Both the position numbers and the translations under genes were made by a program. A stretch of 64,000 bases of DNA. Origin: an uncultured virus (IMG/VR IMGVR_UViG_3300005549_000008) (lineage: Duplodnaviria; Heunggongvirae; Uroviricota; Caudoviricetes). Under the pieces are notes generated by a model. That model did not search any database, had not been told where the DNA came from, and saw only the letters and a list, made by a program, of their open reading frames with translations. Positions 51,568 through 61,343 of the stretch are shown in pieces (the stretch's first letter is position 1; the number at the start of each line of letters is the position of its first letter). The stretch lies in the IMG/VR virus record IMGVR_UViG_3300005549_000008; one strand, written 5' to 3'.

Positions 51568-52323
51568 ATGCCACTCAAGAATAAGGAACGAACCGAAGAA
51601 CAGCGGGCGGCGGTGCGTGCCACGATTGTTGCGCGTCGCGCGGCGGCGGCGCTCAAGGACAAGCCTGGATCCGAGCAGCCGCAAGGCCAGCCTACGACCA
51701 CGGCTGCCGAGCGCATCGCCGCGCAGATCGAGCTGCGGCGGCGCCTGCACGGAGCCCGCCTGGAGCTGGCTCGCCAGCGCAGTATCCAGACCCAGACCGA
51801 GGCCGAAGTGATTACCGAGCTCGAGATCGCTGCGCCGGTGACACTCGATCAATCCGGCGAGCAGCTCTCCCTACCCGAGCCCCAGCCGCCCCACGACCCG
51901 GGAGCGTTCGAAACCGCCGAGGAGGCTGCCCTGGCGCGGGCTCATAACCACGCTGACCATACGACCGGGTGGCCTGGGGAAATGGAGGCACCGCGCCCCT
52001 GGGAGCCTCCGGCGCCGACCGCGCCGCCGCCCGTCGTCGATCCGCCTGTTCAGGCGGCGCCCACCGAGCCCGCACCGGCCGAACCCCATGGGTACGAAAC
52101 CGCCGAGGAGGCTGCTTTGGCGGCCCTATACTCCTCGGCACGGCCCTATAGCGACACTGATCAGCCCCTGGCTACCCCCGCGGCCGATGCCGCCCCGGAA
52201 CCCGTTCTGGAGCCGGCTCCCTCCGAGGACCCAGGCCCCGACCTGCTCGCTGACCATGTCGGCGAAGAGGACCCTCCGGTCACTGAACGTGGCGCCGCGG
52301 AAACCAAGGAAGAGGCGCCATAG
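51568..52323 (+). CDS. Pro/Ala/Glu-rich protein with a duplicated G[FY]ETAEEAALA-like motif
   Basis: Basic N-terminus and a low-complexity acidic C-terminus with GAFETAEEAALA and GYETAEEAALA. Confidence 0.65.
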   Translation: MPLKNKERTEEQRAAVRATIVARRAAAALKDKPGSEQPQGQPTTTAAERIAAQIELRRRLHGARLELARQRSIQTQTEAEVITELEIAAPVTLDQSGEQLSLPEPQPPHDPGAFETAEEAALARAHNHADHTTGWPGEMEAPRPWEPPAPTAPPPVVDPPVQAAPTEPAPAEPHGYETAEEAALAALYSSARPYSDTDQPLATPAADAAPEPVLEPAPSEDPGPDLLADHVGEEDPPVTERGAAETKEEAP

Positions 52324-52343
52324 GCCTAGCGTAAGCTGGGACT

Positions 52344-53421
52344 ATGAGAGTCCCCCAGAGCACGCTCGATCTGATTTTGGCCCAAGGGGGCCTTCCTGAC
52401 TCCCAGCCGCATGAATTGCAGGAGATGCTGGTGATGCTCGTCTCGGATTTACGCGATGAGCGTAATCCGCCCATGGCGCAGCACACCGTGTACAGCGTGA
52501 TGCGTAAGTCGTTGTACGACGCGCTCGCTGGCCAGCTGCGTCAAAATGTGGCGTTGGTGATCAAGGATCTGTCGATCGATGGCGACCACGGAGGCGAAGT
52601 ACAGATCCGAGTGGGTGTCGAATCCCCCAATGGTCTCTGGGGATCGATCAGGGCGTTCCACGGCAATCGTCTGATCATTTCGATCGCCGAAGAGTTCGTG
52701 AGCGATTACGCAAGCGCGCGCCTCAAGGCGAAGCACCTGCTCGACGAGCCGTTTGGTGTAAAGCCGTGAGCCATCATCAGGCCACAGCGCGATCGATCGT
52801 CTACGATGCCCAGCTCGCCGAAGGGCGCAGCGACGACGAGGGAACCGAGCGCGTTATTCAGGCCGCAGCAGACGCCCTTGCAGCGGCCGCGATTCAAGAG
52901 CTGAGCATTCTCTTGGATTGGGTTCAGAACAACCGCGCTATCGCACTGCATGACGTGGGTTACTATGAGAGCGTGAAGAAGCAGCGGGAACGCGATGTTG
53001 CTCAGGGCGAGGCCAATGCGCTGTACAAGGTGCGTGAACAAATACTCAAGCTCGCCCCGGCACTGAAGGAATGATGGCTACCAGAACCCTGGTACGGAGG
53101 CGCCTCCGCGCTGCGCTCTCCCCGAACGGAAAATTGGTCCATCTCGCCGACCCGGAAGGTCGCACCGTGTGCTGTTCGGATGTCGTGGCGTCGTGCTTCG
53201 TGCACGCGCGCATCACCTGTAAGATCTGCCGCGCGCGGCGACCGCAGAAGGCGGCGCGGCTCGAGGGGCGCCCGCACGTCGTCGGCGTAGACTGGTCCCC
53301 GCTCTATGCCGCCATCCGACGCGCGCTCGAAGCCGGCGTCACGCGCGAGCCTCGGGTGAAGGTGAAGTTTTGGCCGGTACTTGCCGACGGGAAGGAAGTC
53401 ACGGAAGATTCCGTACGATGA
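52344..53421 (+). other. Three hypothetical genes (52344-52769, 52766-53074, 53071-53421)
   Basis: Coupled ORFs behind a class B motif at 52308-52333. Confidence 0.6.
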
Positions 53422-54662
53422 GCATGCTGGTTGCGCTGCTTTCGACCACACCGGAAATTCTGATTCCCAAGCTCGAGAAACTGGCCAAGCGCGCCAAGAA
53501 GATGCAGCTCGAGTGGAACTGGCATCAGGTCGACGGGGTCACGTACCAACAGCGCTACGTGCCCTACCGCTGGGCTGAAGACGAATTCGGCAGCATCGAA
53601 CCCACCCACTGGCGCATGGAACTGGTCGGCGCGGCGCGCATCGAAGTGGAGGCGCTGCCGCGCATCGCTGGCTGTGAGTTTCTGGCTCGCATCGAGCACA
53701 CGCCCGCCGGCAACCTGGTGAGCAAGATCGGCAACGTCAGCGTACCGGAGAAGTACTGGACGGCGCAGCCGATCTGCGAGCACTGCAAGCAGAGCCGCAA
53801 CCGCCGTGACACCTTCCTCCTGAACAAGCTCGACAATGGTGTGGATGCCGGCAACCTGATCCAGGTCGGTCGCACCTGCCTCGCCGACTACCTCCGCTCC
53901 GCCGACCCCACCAAGCTGCTTCAGGAATATATCGCGATCGTGAGCGATGCCGAGCCGGGCTCCGGTGGCGGCGCCTGGATGATCTCCACGATCGACTACG
54001 TGGCGGCCGCACTCTCGAGCGTCGAGCGCCGCGGGTACCGCAAGAGCAGCGAACCCGAATCCACGCGCAGCGATGCTTCCTGGATCTGCGGTACCGAGCC
54101 GAGTGACCGCGAGGTCAAGAAGGCGTGGCGCGAGGCGCAGCCGACGCCCGAGCAGCGCGAGCGCGCTGAGGCGCTGATCGCGTGGGCGCAGGCGCTGACC
54201 AAGGGTTTCGATTACGAGGAGAACCTGCGCATTGCCGCCGCGCTACCGATGGCCACCAGTCGCACCCAGGGCCTGCTTGCGAGCCTGCCCGTCGCCTACG
54301 CCAAGGCCAATCAGGAGCTCGTGAAGAAGCAGAACCCCGACCATGAAGTCGACCCAGGCTACTTCGCTCCGGTCAAGGCGCGCGTGGATGCGACCGTGAC
54401 CATCCTGCGCACCATCTCCGTGCCCGGCGACTGGGGCGACAAGCTGCTCTACGTGTTCCGGACGGCAGAAGGCCACGACCTGGTGTGGTTCTGCAGCGGG
54501 AGCATCCTGCGCACCGCCGACGGGGACGCGCTCACCACGGGTGATACTGTGCAGCTGCGCGGCACGGTCAAGCGTCACGAGCTCCGCAAGGGTCGCCACC
54601 AAACCGTGATGATCCGCTGCAAGGTACTGAGCGTGCCGCAGGCGACGCAGGGGGCAGCGTGA
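53418..54662 (+). CDS. Conserved phage protein with a zinc ribbon and a C-terminal OB-fold-like domain
   Basis: CEHC...RNRRDTF...QVGRTCL.DY and a C-terminal LRGTVKRH...QT...RCK; class B motif at 53390-53415. Confidence 0.65.
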   Translation: MSMLVALLSTTPEILIPKLEKLAKRAKKMQLEWNWHQVDGVTYQQRYVPYRWAEDEFGSIEPTHWRMELVGAARIEVEALPRIAGCEFLARIEHTPAGNLVSKIGNVSVPEKYWTAQPICEHCKQSRNRRDTFLLNKLDNGVDAGNLIQVGRTCLADYLRSADPTKLLQEYIAIVSDAEPGSGGGAWMISTIDYVAAALSSVERRGYRKSSEPESTRSDASWICGTEPSDREVKKAWREAQPTPEQRERAEALIAWAQALTKGFDYEENLRIAAALPMATSRTQGLLASLPVAYAKANQELVKKQNPDHEVDPGYFAPVKARVDATVTILRTISVPGDWGDKLLYVFRTAEGHDLVWFCSGSILRTADGDALTTGDTVQLRGTVKRHELRKGRHQTVMIRCKVLSVPQATQGAA

Positions 54663-55469
54663 TCAGTCCGCTAGCGCGTCTCCACCCAGTCAAATGTGGC
54701 TGCCTGAGCTGCCTGAATGCGTTCTTGGTGGCACTGCATGAGCAGCAAACCGACCAAATATTCCTGACCGTGCTGCGCACCGCCATGGCCGCGCGCCCGA
54801 AGCGACAAGAGTTTTTGCGTGCAGAACCCGCGTGGGTCCACTATGAACGGGAGCAGATGCTGGCAGCCGTCAACATCGCGCGCAGTCGCCTCAACAAGAC
54901 TCCACTCGAGCTCGATCGCGTCATCGCCGCAGAAGAAACGTCGTATGGTCCGCGCTACGCGGAGCGGTTCAGTCGCGCCTGCGCGGAGCTCGTGCTCGAG
55001 TGAAGTTCCCGTTCGATCCCCACAAATGCATGGCACTGAAGGACCCGGGGCTACTCGCGCGAGTGGGGATCTTGAAGTATACGACCATGGCTCTCAACGA
55101 TGAGGTGGAGCGTTGCGGTAAGGACCCCGACACGCTTATCAGTGGAACACCTTACTGTACTGAGCACGCAGTCGAGGTGCGCCGCGTCACCCGTGAAGGC
55201 CGCAACCTGGTTGGTGTGTTGGCAGGCTATCCCGCTCGGGCGAAGAAGGAGCAGTAGTGACCGATCGTCACGTCAAGATCACAGTGATCGTCAGGGTCGA
55301 CGCCGAGCGCGCCGAACGTTGTGGTCAGAACTGCGAGTTTCTAGTCCGGGAAGCGCCCGCCAAGTACCGTTGCACCTTCTTTGGCCAAGGGCTCACCGTG
55401 CGCAGCGGTCGTGCGCGCCGGTGCCGAGACTGCATTCAGAGTGAGCAAGTGGCACAGGAAACCCCATGA
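54659..55469 (+). other. Three short hypothetical genes (54659-55003, 55000-55257, 55257-55469)
   Basis: Translationally coupled ORFs. Confidence 0.55.
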
Positions 55470-56008
55470 AGATACGAGTAGCATTATGCGGCGCGAGCGG
55501 TACGGGCAAAACTACAGTTGTCAGGCGCGTGGCTGAAATGCTGCACCTACCGATTAATCCGGTAGGCAGTCGCTCGGTAGCTAAGGAGATGGGGTTCAAC
55601 AGTCCGTACGATGTAGATCGCGCTGGACAACGCTCTGAGTTTCAGCGCCTGCTGACTCGACAGAAGGCAGCCTGGGAAGTCGACAACGACACGTTCATCA
55701 CTGATCGCACATCGTTCGACAATCTAGTCTACCACATGCTGCATGACATCCAGAACGTAACTCCGGATGACATCCAACTCGCTAGCTTTGCATTCGAGCG
55801 CTACACCCATGTCTTTTTCTGCCCCATGCGGGCCTTCCTGAAACTAGGGGATGATCCACATCGATTGAGCAGTTTGCCCTACCATGAGGCCTTCGAGCGC
55901 CTGCTGCTCTCATTTGTCGACGATCGGGCAATTACTCTGAACGAAGGTCGCACTGAGTTGCGTATCGGGATCGTCGAAGCGACGTGCCGTAGCGCTCTAC
56001 TTACGTGA
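55466..56008 (+). CDS. P-loop nucleotide-kinase-like ATPase (AAA_28/NadR-like)
   Basis: Walker A GASGTGKTT and FITDRTSFDNLVY. Confidence 0.8.
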   Translation: MKIRVALCGASGTGKTTVVRRVAEMLHLPINPVGSRSVAKEMGFNSPYDVDRAGQRSEFQRLLTRQKAAWEVDNDTFITDRTSFDNLVYHMLHDIQNVTPDDIQLASFAFERYTHVFFCPMRAFLKLGDDPHRLSSLPYHEAFERLLLSFVDDRAITLNEGRTELRIGIVEATCRSALLT

Positions 56009-56320
56009 AAGCAGCACGCCGACTGCGAAACCCGCGAGCAGTAGACCGCCGCCAGCGACCATCAACGTCTGCCGCGGCAACCCGGCGGCGCAAAACGGCA
56101 AAGCGTCGACCGCCTTCTCCATAGCCTCGTCGTTGGCTTTGCTCGCGTTGTAGGCGGCATTGATCGCTGCACACCCGGGCACCTTTGATGGTCGCCCGTG
56201 CACGCACTCGTCGAGCTCGCGGTCGTAGCAAGCCGGCAGAGCCTGCAGACCGGAGGCGAGCAGCATGGCAGCTTGCTCCGGAGTTGGGGAAGCGGCAGCA
56301 CCGAGCGACAACGAGTACAT
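55997..56320 (-). CDS. Small Cys-containing protein with a C-terminal TM anchor
   Basis: Tail LMVAGGGLLLAGFAVGVLLSRK. A perfect class A motif at 56328-56362 places the start at ATG 56320. Confidence 0.7.
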   Translation of the reverse strand: MYSLSLGAAASPTPEQAAMLLASGLQALPACYDRELDECVHGRPSKVPGCAAINAAYNASKANDEAMEKAVDALPFCAAGLPRQTLMVAGGGLLLAGFAVGVLLSRK

Positions 56321-56346
56321 GGTCGCCATGGTACCCAGCGAACACG

Positions 56347-56622
56347 CTACCCAGCAACTTTTTGGTCACTGGCAGGGATCGGCGCATTGCGTATGTGCAC
56401 GTGACGCCGGGCGACCTGAATAATCCGCGCGCGAAACTTCTGACCTTCCCCGTTGGTGAGCACCGTCCATGCCTTTTTGTCGGCAGGGCAGAGCCACCAC
56501 CATAGGCGACTGGCCAGATCCCACCAGGGTAGCGACACCACCACCCAGACTGCGCCGTTCGAATCGATCATGCCGTAGCGATGGAATTCTCTGGTGTCGA
56601 TTTTGATGATCAGCGTACCCAT
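56347..56622 (-). CDS. Hypothetical Trp-rich protein
   Basis: 91-aa ORF with an ATG start, divergent from the TTGACA promoter at 56652. Confidence 0.5.
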   Translation of the reverse strand: MGTLIIKIDTREFHRYGMIDSNGAVWVVVSLPWWDLASRLWWWLCPADKKAWTVLTNGEGQKFRARIIQVARRHVHIRNAPIPASDQKVAG

Positions 56623-56645
56623 AGTCCCGTCTTACCACGTCGCGC

Positions 56646-56681
56646 GGTAGCTTGACATCAGCTAGCTACCACGTTTACCCT
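56646..56681 (+). promoter_or_regulatory. Sigma70-type promoter with an overlapping inverted repeat
   Basis: TTGACA-N18-TACCCT; GGTAGCT...AGCTACC inverted repeat; 19-mer nearly identical to 11111-11129. Confidence 0.7.
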
Positions 56682-56691
56682 TCACGAAGCG

Positions 56692-56850
56692 ATGCAGTAT
56701 CCGCGTGTTGCTTGGTTTCTGATTGGTAGCGCGACTGGGGTCATGACTATGAGTCTGACCCAGTACGATCCGGTGCCGTTACTGATCGCGGGTGGGCTCG
56801 CGATCGCGGCGGCGTGCGCAATCATCGGCTGGCCGTTTTGGTTACCATGA
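56692..56850 (+). CDS. 52-aa two-TM membrane protein (not in the ORF track)
   Basis: MQYPRVAWFLIG...LLIAGGLAIAAACAIIGWPFWLP*; it follows the promoter and is ATGA-coupled to the next gene. Confidence 0.6.
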   Translation: MQYPRVAWFLIGSATGVMTMSLTQYDPVPLLIAGGLAIAAACAIIGWPFWLP

Positions 56851-57206
56851 CCCCGCTCGATCTCGCGCGCCGCATTCGTGATCGCCTCGCAGCCCCGGAA
56901 CGGTGCGCGAAGGGCGCCAGCGCGCGCCGTGCCGACGGACGCCCGTGTACTCCCGATCATCCCGATGCTGCACAGTGGTGTCTCATCGGCGCCGCCTGGG
57001 CAGAAACCTTAAATCTGGGCCGGCACGATAACTGTACGGAGCTCCGGTTCGCGGTCTATGGCGCTTGCTTTCCTGACATCGAACCCCTCCTGCTCGGTGT
57101 AACGGTCACGCGGTTTAGTGACGACGCCAGCCACGCTGAGCTGCTCGCTAAGATCGACGAAGGCATCGCGCGGCTCGAGGGAAGGGCGCTGGGAACGCCA
57201 GCGTAG
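56847..57206 (+). CDS. Hypothetical phage protein (WCLIGA motif family)
   Basis: A.QWCLIGA...FSDD..H.E.L..ID..IA pattern, common in small phage proteins. Confidence 0.6.
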   Translation: MTPLDLARRIRDRLAAPERCAKGASARRADGRPCTPDHPDAAQWCLIGAAWAETLNLGRHDNCTELRFAVYGACFPDIEPLLLGVTVTRFSDDASHAELLAKIDEGIARLEGRALGTPA

Positions 57207-57215
57207 AACCTCCTC

Positions 57216-57974
57216 ATGGACGTTACAATCAGCGTGGAAAAGGGTCGCGGCTGCGGTTACCGAAAGCCAGGTAAAAATGGCGTAGGGATCTATTTGGTCG
57301 GGCCATCCCCAGGATCACCCTGCGGACGCCTTCCGTTCGTGCTGGACGTCTGTCCCTGCTGTTCGCAAGGCATCAAGCAGTCGCGCGGCTGGACCTGGAT
57401 TGAGCCGCGCCTGCTGTTCGGTGAGCCGCCAGTGGACGACATCGTGCCAGCACGCCCCGAGTGTGCCGAGCGCCTAGGATCCTCGCTGATGCGGCGCAAT
57501 GGCCTGGATTTAGTCCAGCTCACCTGCAGCACCTGCCCCGTCGGGGGCGGCACGCCAACCGGCAAGCATGGCCTGATTTGGGTGGGCGAGAAGTTCTACG
57601 ATAGCCCACAGTCCTTTCTTGGTGAAGCCGCCCAGATGGGCATCTCGCGCAAGCTCGCGGCGCTCCCGCGCGGTTTCAAGCTCGGCGAGACCTGGGTCTA
57701 CCTGGCGCATCGCAAGGCCGTCCAGAAGAGCAACCCGCCGCAACCAGGCATCTTCTCGGTGTTCAAGCCGACCGGCGTCGACCTCGTGATCGACGACGAG
57801 AATGAGGTGCCTGAGCGTGCCACCAAGCTCGCAGAGAGCCTCGGCGATGGAGTTCGCATCGTGAAGGTCGTGCGCGATACCGCGACCCAAACCAGCCTCC
57901 TGGATCATCTCGATGCACCGCAGGGGACTCGGATGCCAAAAAGTGGTGGTTCTGAGTATGGAGAACCAGAATGA
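57216..57974 (+). CDS. Conserved hypothetical phage protein
   Basis: Motifs RGCGYRK, LIWVGEKFY and EAAQMGISRK; class B motif at 57180-57205. Confidence 0.7.
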   Translation: MDVTISVEKGRGCGYRKPGKNGVGIYLVGPSPGSPCGRLPFVLDVCPCCSQGIKQSRGWTWIEPRLLFGEPPVDDIVPARPECAERLGSSLMRRNGLDLVQLTCSTCPVGGGTPTGKHGLIWVGEKFYDSPQSFLGEAAQMGISRKLAALPRGFKLGETWVYLAHRKAVQKSNPPQPGIFSVFKPTGVDLVIDDENEVPERATKLAESLGDGVRIVKVVRDTATQTSLLDHLDAPQGTRMPKSGGSEYGEPE

Positions 57975-58170
57975 TGAAGCCGGTGCGCTGGGACGACATT
58001 ACTGAGGACATGATGCCCTTCCCTGTTCGGGAGCCCCGCGGCACGCGGGAGCGCCGGGTACCGGCACCTGCACCGGTAGCCGGCACCGAGGTCACAGTGC
58101 GCCTGAATGCTAGTCAGCACACGATGTTGGTCGGCCTGGTCACAGGTATCGCGCAAGGCATGGGCGCGGA

Positions 58171-58728
58171 GTGTCGCTCGCAATGGGATGCCCTGCTGCT
58201 TCGTCTGAAAGGCTCTCGATAGTGCTCCAGGAAATGCTGCAGGTGCGGCGTGCCTTCTACAGCATCGTGGACAGCGTTCTGCAGTGGAATACGCTGGAGG
58301 TATTGTATGAGGCGCCGCGGGTCGAGCGACTCTGGACGCAGCTGGGACCCAATCGACTGAGCCTGCATCGCATTCATCCGTGCGACAAGCCGTTCTACCA
58401 TCCGCATCCGTGGCCGAGTTGCATCTTCATCGTGAGCGGCCGCTACCGCATGGAGGTCGGTTACGGGGACCCACTCGGATCAGCTCCGCTACCTGCAGCC
58501 CTGATCGATCTAGGCTCCGGTGATAGCTACGAAATGCTCGACTCGCTCGGTTGGCATAGTGTCGCCCCATACGGCGGTCCGTGCCTGAGCCTCATGCTCT
58601 CGGGACCGCCGTACCCGGGCACGCCCAAGCACCAGCATCCGCATAAAAATTCACCTCTTACTCCCGAGGTACACCGCGAGCTGCTGGCATCGTTCATGGT
58701 CGCGATGCAGGGTCACGCCCATGTCTAG
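58171..58728 (+). CDS. Cupin-fold protein (start uncertain)
   Basis: Motifs YHPHPW...IVSG.Y and WHSV. Confidence 0.6.
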   Translation: MSLAMGCPAASSERLSIVLQEMLQVRRAFYSIVDSVLQWNTLEVLYEAPRVERLWTQLGPNRLSLHRIHPCDKPFYHPHPWPSCIFIVSGRYRMEVGYGDPLGSAPLPAALIDLGSGDSYEMLDSLGWHSVAPYGGPCLSLMLSGPPYPGTPKHQHPHKNSPLTPEVHRELLASFMVAMQGHAHV

Positions 58729-59801
58729 CAAGATCGAGAGACGGCGGACATCGCTGCAGACCAAGGGTATGAAACTCCTGAATTGCACGCTGTGCGATGA
58801 CGTGATCCGCGTGACCACGATCCTGCGCCACTGTGAGTGTCAGGCCAGTAGCGCGATCGAGGGTCCCGACGGAATCAAAAAAGATGGGCCGTGTCGCTTG
58901 CTCGGTATTCCTTGGGAGGAGTACGACGGCGCGTATCCGGGTGCCGTACGCAAGTTCCATGTGTTACCGAAGTGAGATCCACCAATGTCGCCTTCTACCG
59001 CTGCGCAACCTGCACGCGCACTTGGTCCCAAGCTCCCTCTCACGAGCTCGAGTGCAGTTGCGGATCGCTCTACGTCGTCTGGCTGAACTACCCTACTTTC
59101 CGTGATTCATCCTCGCGATCGGCCGAGTTCCGTGACCACTACCCCCTCTCCCGTCCACGCTGAACCGTTACCGCAGAGATGCCTGGAGTGCTCCGCGCGC
59201 TGTCGCTATTGCCACCGGCCGCGCGCGGTCTCGGTCAATGAATTTTCCAACAATTCCATCGAGCTCTGTGGGCGCAATCTGTCCCTGGATGCCATGCTGA
59301 AAGTGGGGCTCGAGGGCGTGTTCCTGAACTGTCAAAGCCACGAGATCTCCTACTTGCACGGTCAGGTGAAGCGGCTCCAGGACCTGCTCGATCTCACCAC
59401 ACCCAAAATTCCATGAAAGAGCTGGCGGTGCGGAGCAGCGCGACGACGGGAAACGCCGAGGTATTTTACCAGGGTGAGTGGCATGACCTGGGCCACAGTT
59501 ACGCGCAGCACCGCCACTCTACCTGTCTGACCTTCCTCAGTACTCTCGCTTCACCCGAGCAGTACGCTCGCTGCATCGCGGCCGGCGCAATGCGCTGCAT
59601 CTACTGTACCCAATGGATCCTGATCGACTCGCCGCCGGTCGCCACGTGTGCAGAGCATGCTCCTTACGAGGTTCGCTCCCCGCACGCGCGCACCGAATGA
59701 GCCTGGTCTTGCGCACTACCGCGACTCATGAGACTCTGGGAACGGCGACCCTTCGCGTTTAGGCACGCAATCTGACTTGGAGGGTCGCCATTCCCATCAC
59801 C

Positions 59802-60272
59802 ATGGCTCTCGACACTACGCGCATCATCCCTCACCTTCATCAAGGCAGCGAGCCCCCGCAGGGTCATGCGGTCGCTGTTTCCGGATTCACTGTCCTGGTG
59901 CTCTGCGCCCAGGAGATTCAGCCTCCCGACAGTTCCTATCCTGGAGTCGTCGTCCTGCGCTGTCCGCTCGATGACACTTCCCAGGCGCTCACGGCGGCGC
60001 AGTGGAGTATGATCATGCGCACAGCTCAGCTCGTCGCCCACCATGTACGGCGCAACCATCGCGTCCTAGTAACCTGTCAGATGGGCATCAATCGTAGCGG
60101 TCTGGTTACTGCTGCAGCGCTGCACATCCTGACGGGTCGCTCGGGCTGCGCGACCGCGCGCTTTGTCAGCCAGCGCCGCAAGGTCAGGCGTGCCGGCGAA
60201 GTCTGGCACGCTCTCAGCAATGAACGCTTCCAGCAGGAGCTCTGCGAGCGCCTACCGGGCATGGCTCGATGA
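59802..60272 (+). CDS. Dual-specificity protein phosphatase
   Basis: CX5R motif VTCQMGINRS and the PLDD acid loop. Confidence 0.9.
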   Translation: MALDTTRIIPHLHQGSEPPQGHAVAVSGFTVLVLCAQEIQPPDSSYPGVVVLRCPLDDTSQALTAAQWSMIMRTAQLVAHHVRRNHRVLVTCQMGINRSGLVTAAALHILTGRSGCATARFVSQRRKVRRAGEVWHALSNERFQQELCERLPGMAR

Positions 60273-61334
60273 CTAGCTATTCTTGATGCCGGGGATCCGC
60301 TGCTGACCACGGCGTTCGCGGTAGCGCGCCATATACTCGGCGTCTCGTTCCATCCCGAGTGCTAGCGCAATTTCGATGAGCTGATCCGCTGTAGCGACGC
60401 TCACCCAACTCGGTACCGCAGTTTCACCAGCCAGTAGGCCTACGGCCGTCTCCGCGATGGGTTTGAGATCGATGTACTGGCCAGATCCTTGCTGATCTTC
60501 CCAGTATTCGTTCGCCACTTCGCGCGCCGCTTCGAACAAGGTTCGACTATCAAATCCTTCTGGCCAGTCCTCGACCTCTTCGTCATCGGGCCAGTTTTCG
60601 TTCCAGGCCTTCAGGAACTCTTTTTCGAATTCCGATCGAGCCCAATTTGACCAAGCCTCATCCTGCTGCTCCATCTCGAGTGCGCTGTGAGCCTCCTCGC
60701 TGATCAGCGGATACTCATCGAGCGCGCTTAGCGTCTCCTGAATCGACTCATCGAGCTCAGCATACACCACGAGGATGGCATAGGTGCCGTGACCGCCGTA
60801 TGCGGTTGCCCAAACTGCAGGCTTCGATCCTTCTGGGTGAGCTTCCTCGAGCAGGTTCTCGAGCTCCTTGTAATTCGACTCGTGCACTGAGCCGCCCGAG
60901 TAATCTGACCCGCTCGCGTATTTCACCTCGTACCACTGGCGCGGCTCCTCATCGATCCCGCTGCCCTGCTTACCTGGCTCCCACCTGCCGTAACGGATGC
61001 TTTCGCCGTTTTCATCCGGCGGGTCGTTGTAGCGAAAGTCGATCGGGTTGAGCTCGTTCGGAACGAAGTCACCGGGCGCAGCATTGCGTGTATAACGCGC
61101 TCGTTCTCCGTTCAATCTGGCCGCCATGGTCTCGTTGATGACGATCCAACCGATACACTGCCCACCTTGCATTACTGCCCAGGTGTGACCGTAGCCGCGA
61201 AGCGGCTCGACTGTTGCACCAAAAGGCAGGTTGTGCTGATCAAACTGCACCTCGGGCACCCAGATCCGCTCAGACCCCATGAAAGCCCAGGTACCATCGC
61301 CCGTAGCTGCATTTCTGGTGTGACGCCGTTTCAT
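60273..61334 (-). CDS. Acidic multi-domain hypothetical (putative polyprotein)
   Basis: Begins MKRRHTRNAA; internal RYTRNAA and DFVPN; very acidic C-terminal domain (SGSDYSGGSV...LDEYPLISEE). Confidence 0.75.
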   Translation of the reverse strand: MKRRHTRNAATGDGTWAFMGSERIWVPEVQFDQHNLPFGATVEPLRGYGHTWAVMQGGQCIGWIVINETMAARLNGERARYTRNAAPGDFVPNELNPIDFRYNDPPDENGESIRYGRWEPGKQGSGIDEEPRQWYEVKYASGSDYSGGSVHESNYKELENLLEEAHPEGSKPAVWATAYGGHGTYAILVVYAELDESIQETLSALDEYPLISEEAHSALEMEQQDEAWSNWARSEFEKEFLKAWNENWPDDEEVEDWPEGFDSRTLFEAAREVANEYWEDQQGSGQYIDLKPIAETAVGLLAGETAVPSWVSVATADQLIEIALALGMERDAEYMARYRERRGQQRIPGIKNS

Positions 61335-61343
61335 ATTTGCCTT

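Noticed and set aside
60860..60900. SVHESN as another polyprotein cleavage motif
   Set aside because: It sits immediately after the SGSDYSGG core of what looks like a single domain rather than at a boundary, so it is probably a chance match.
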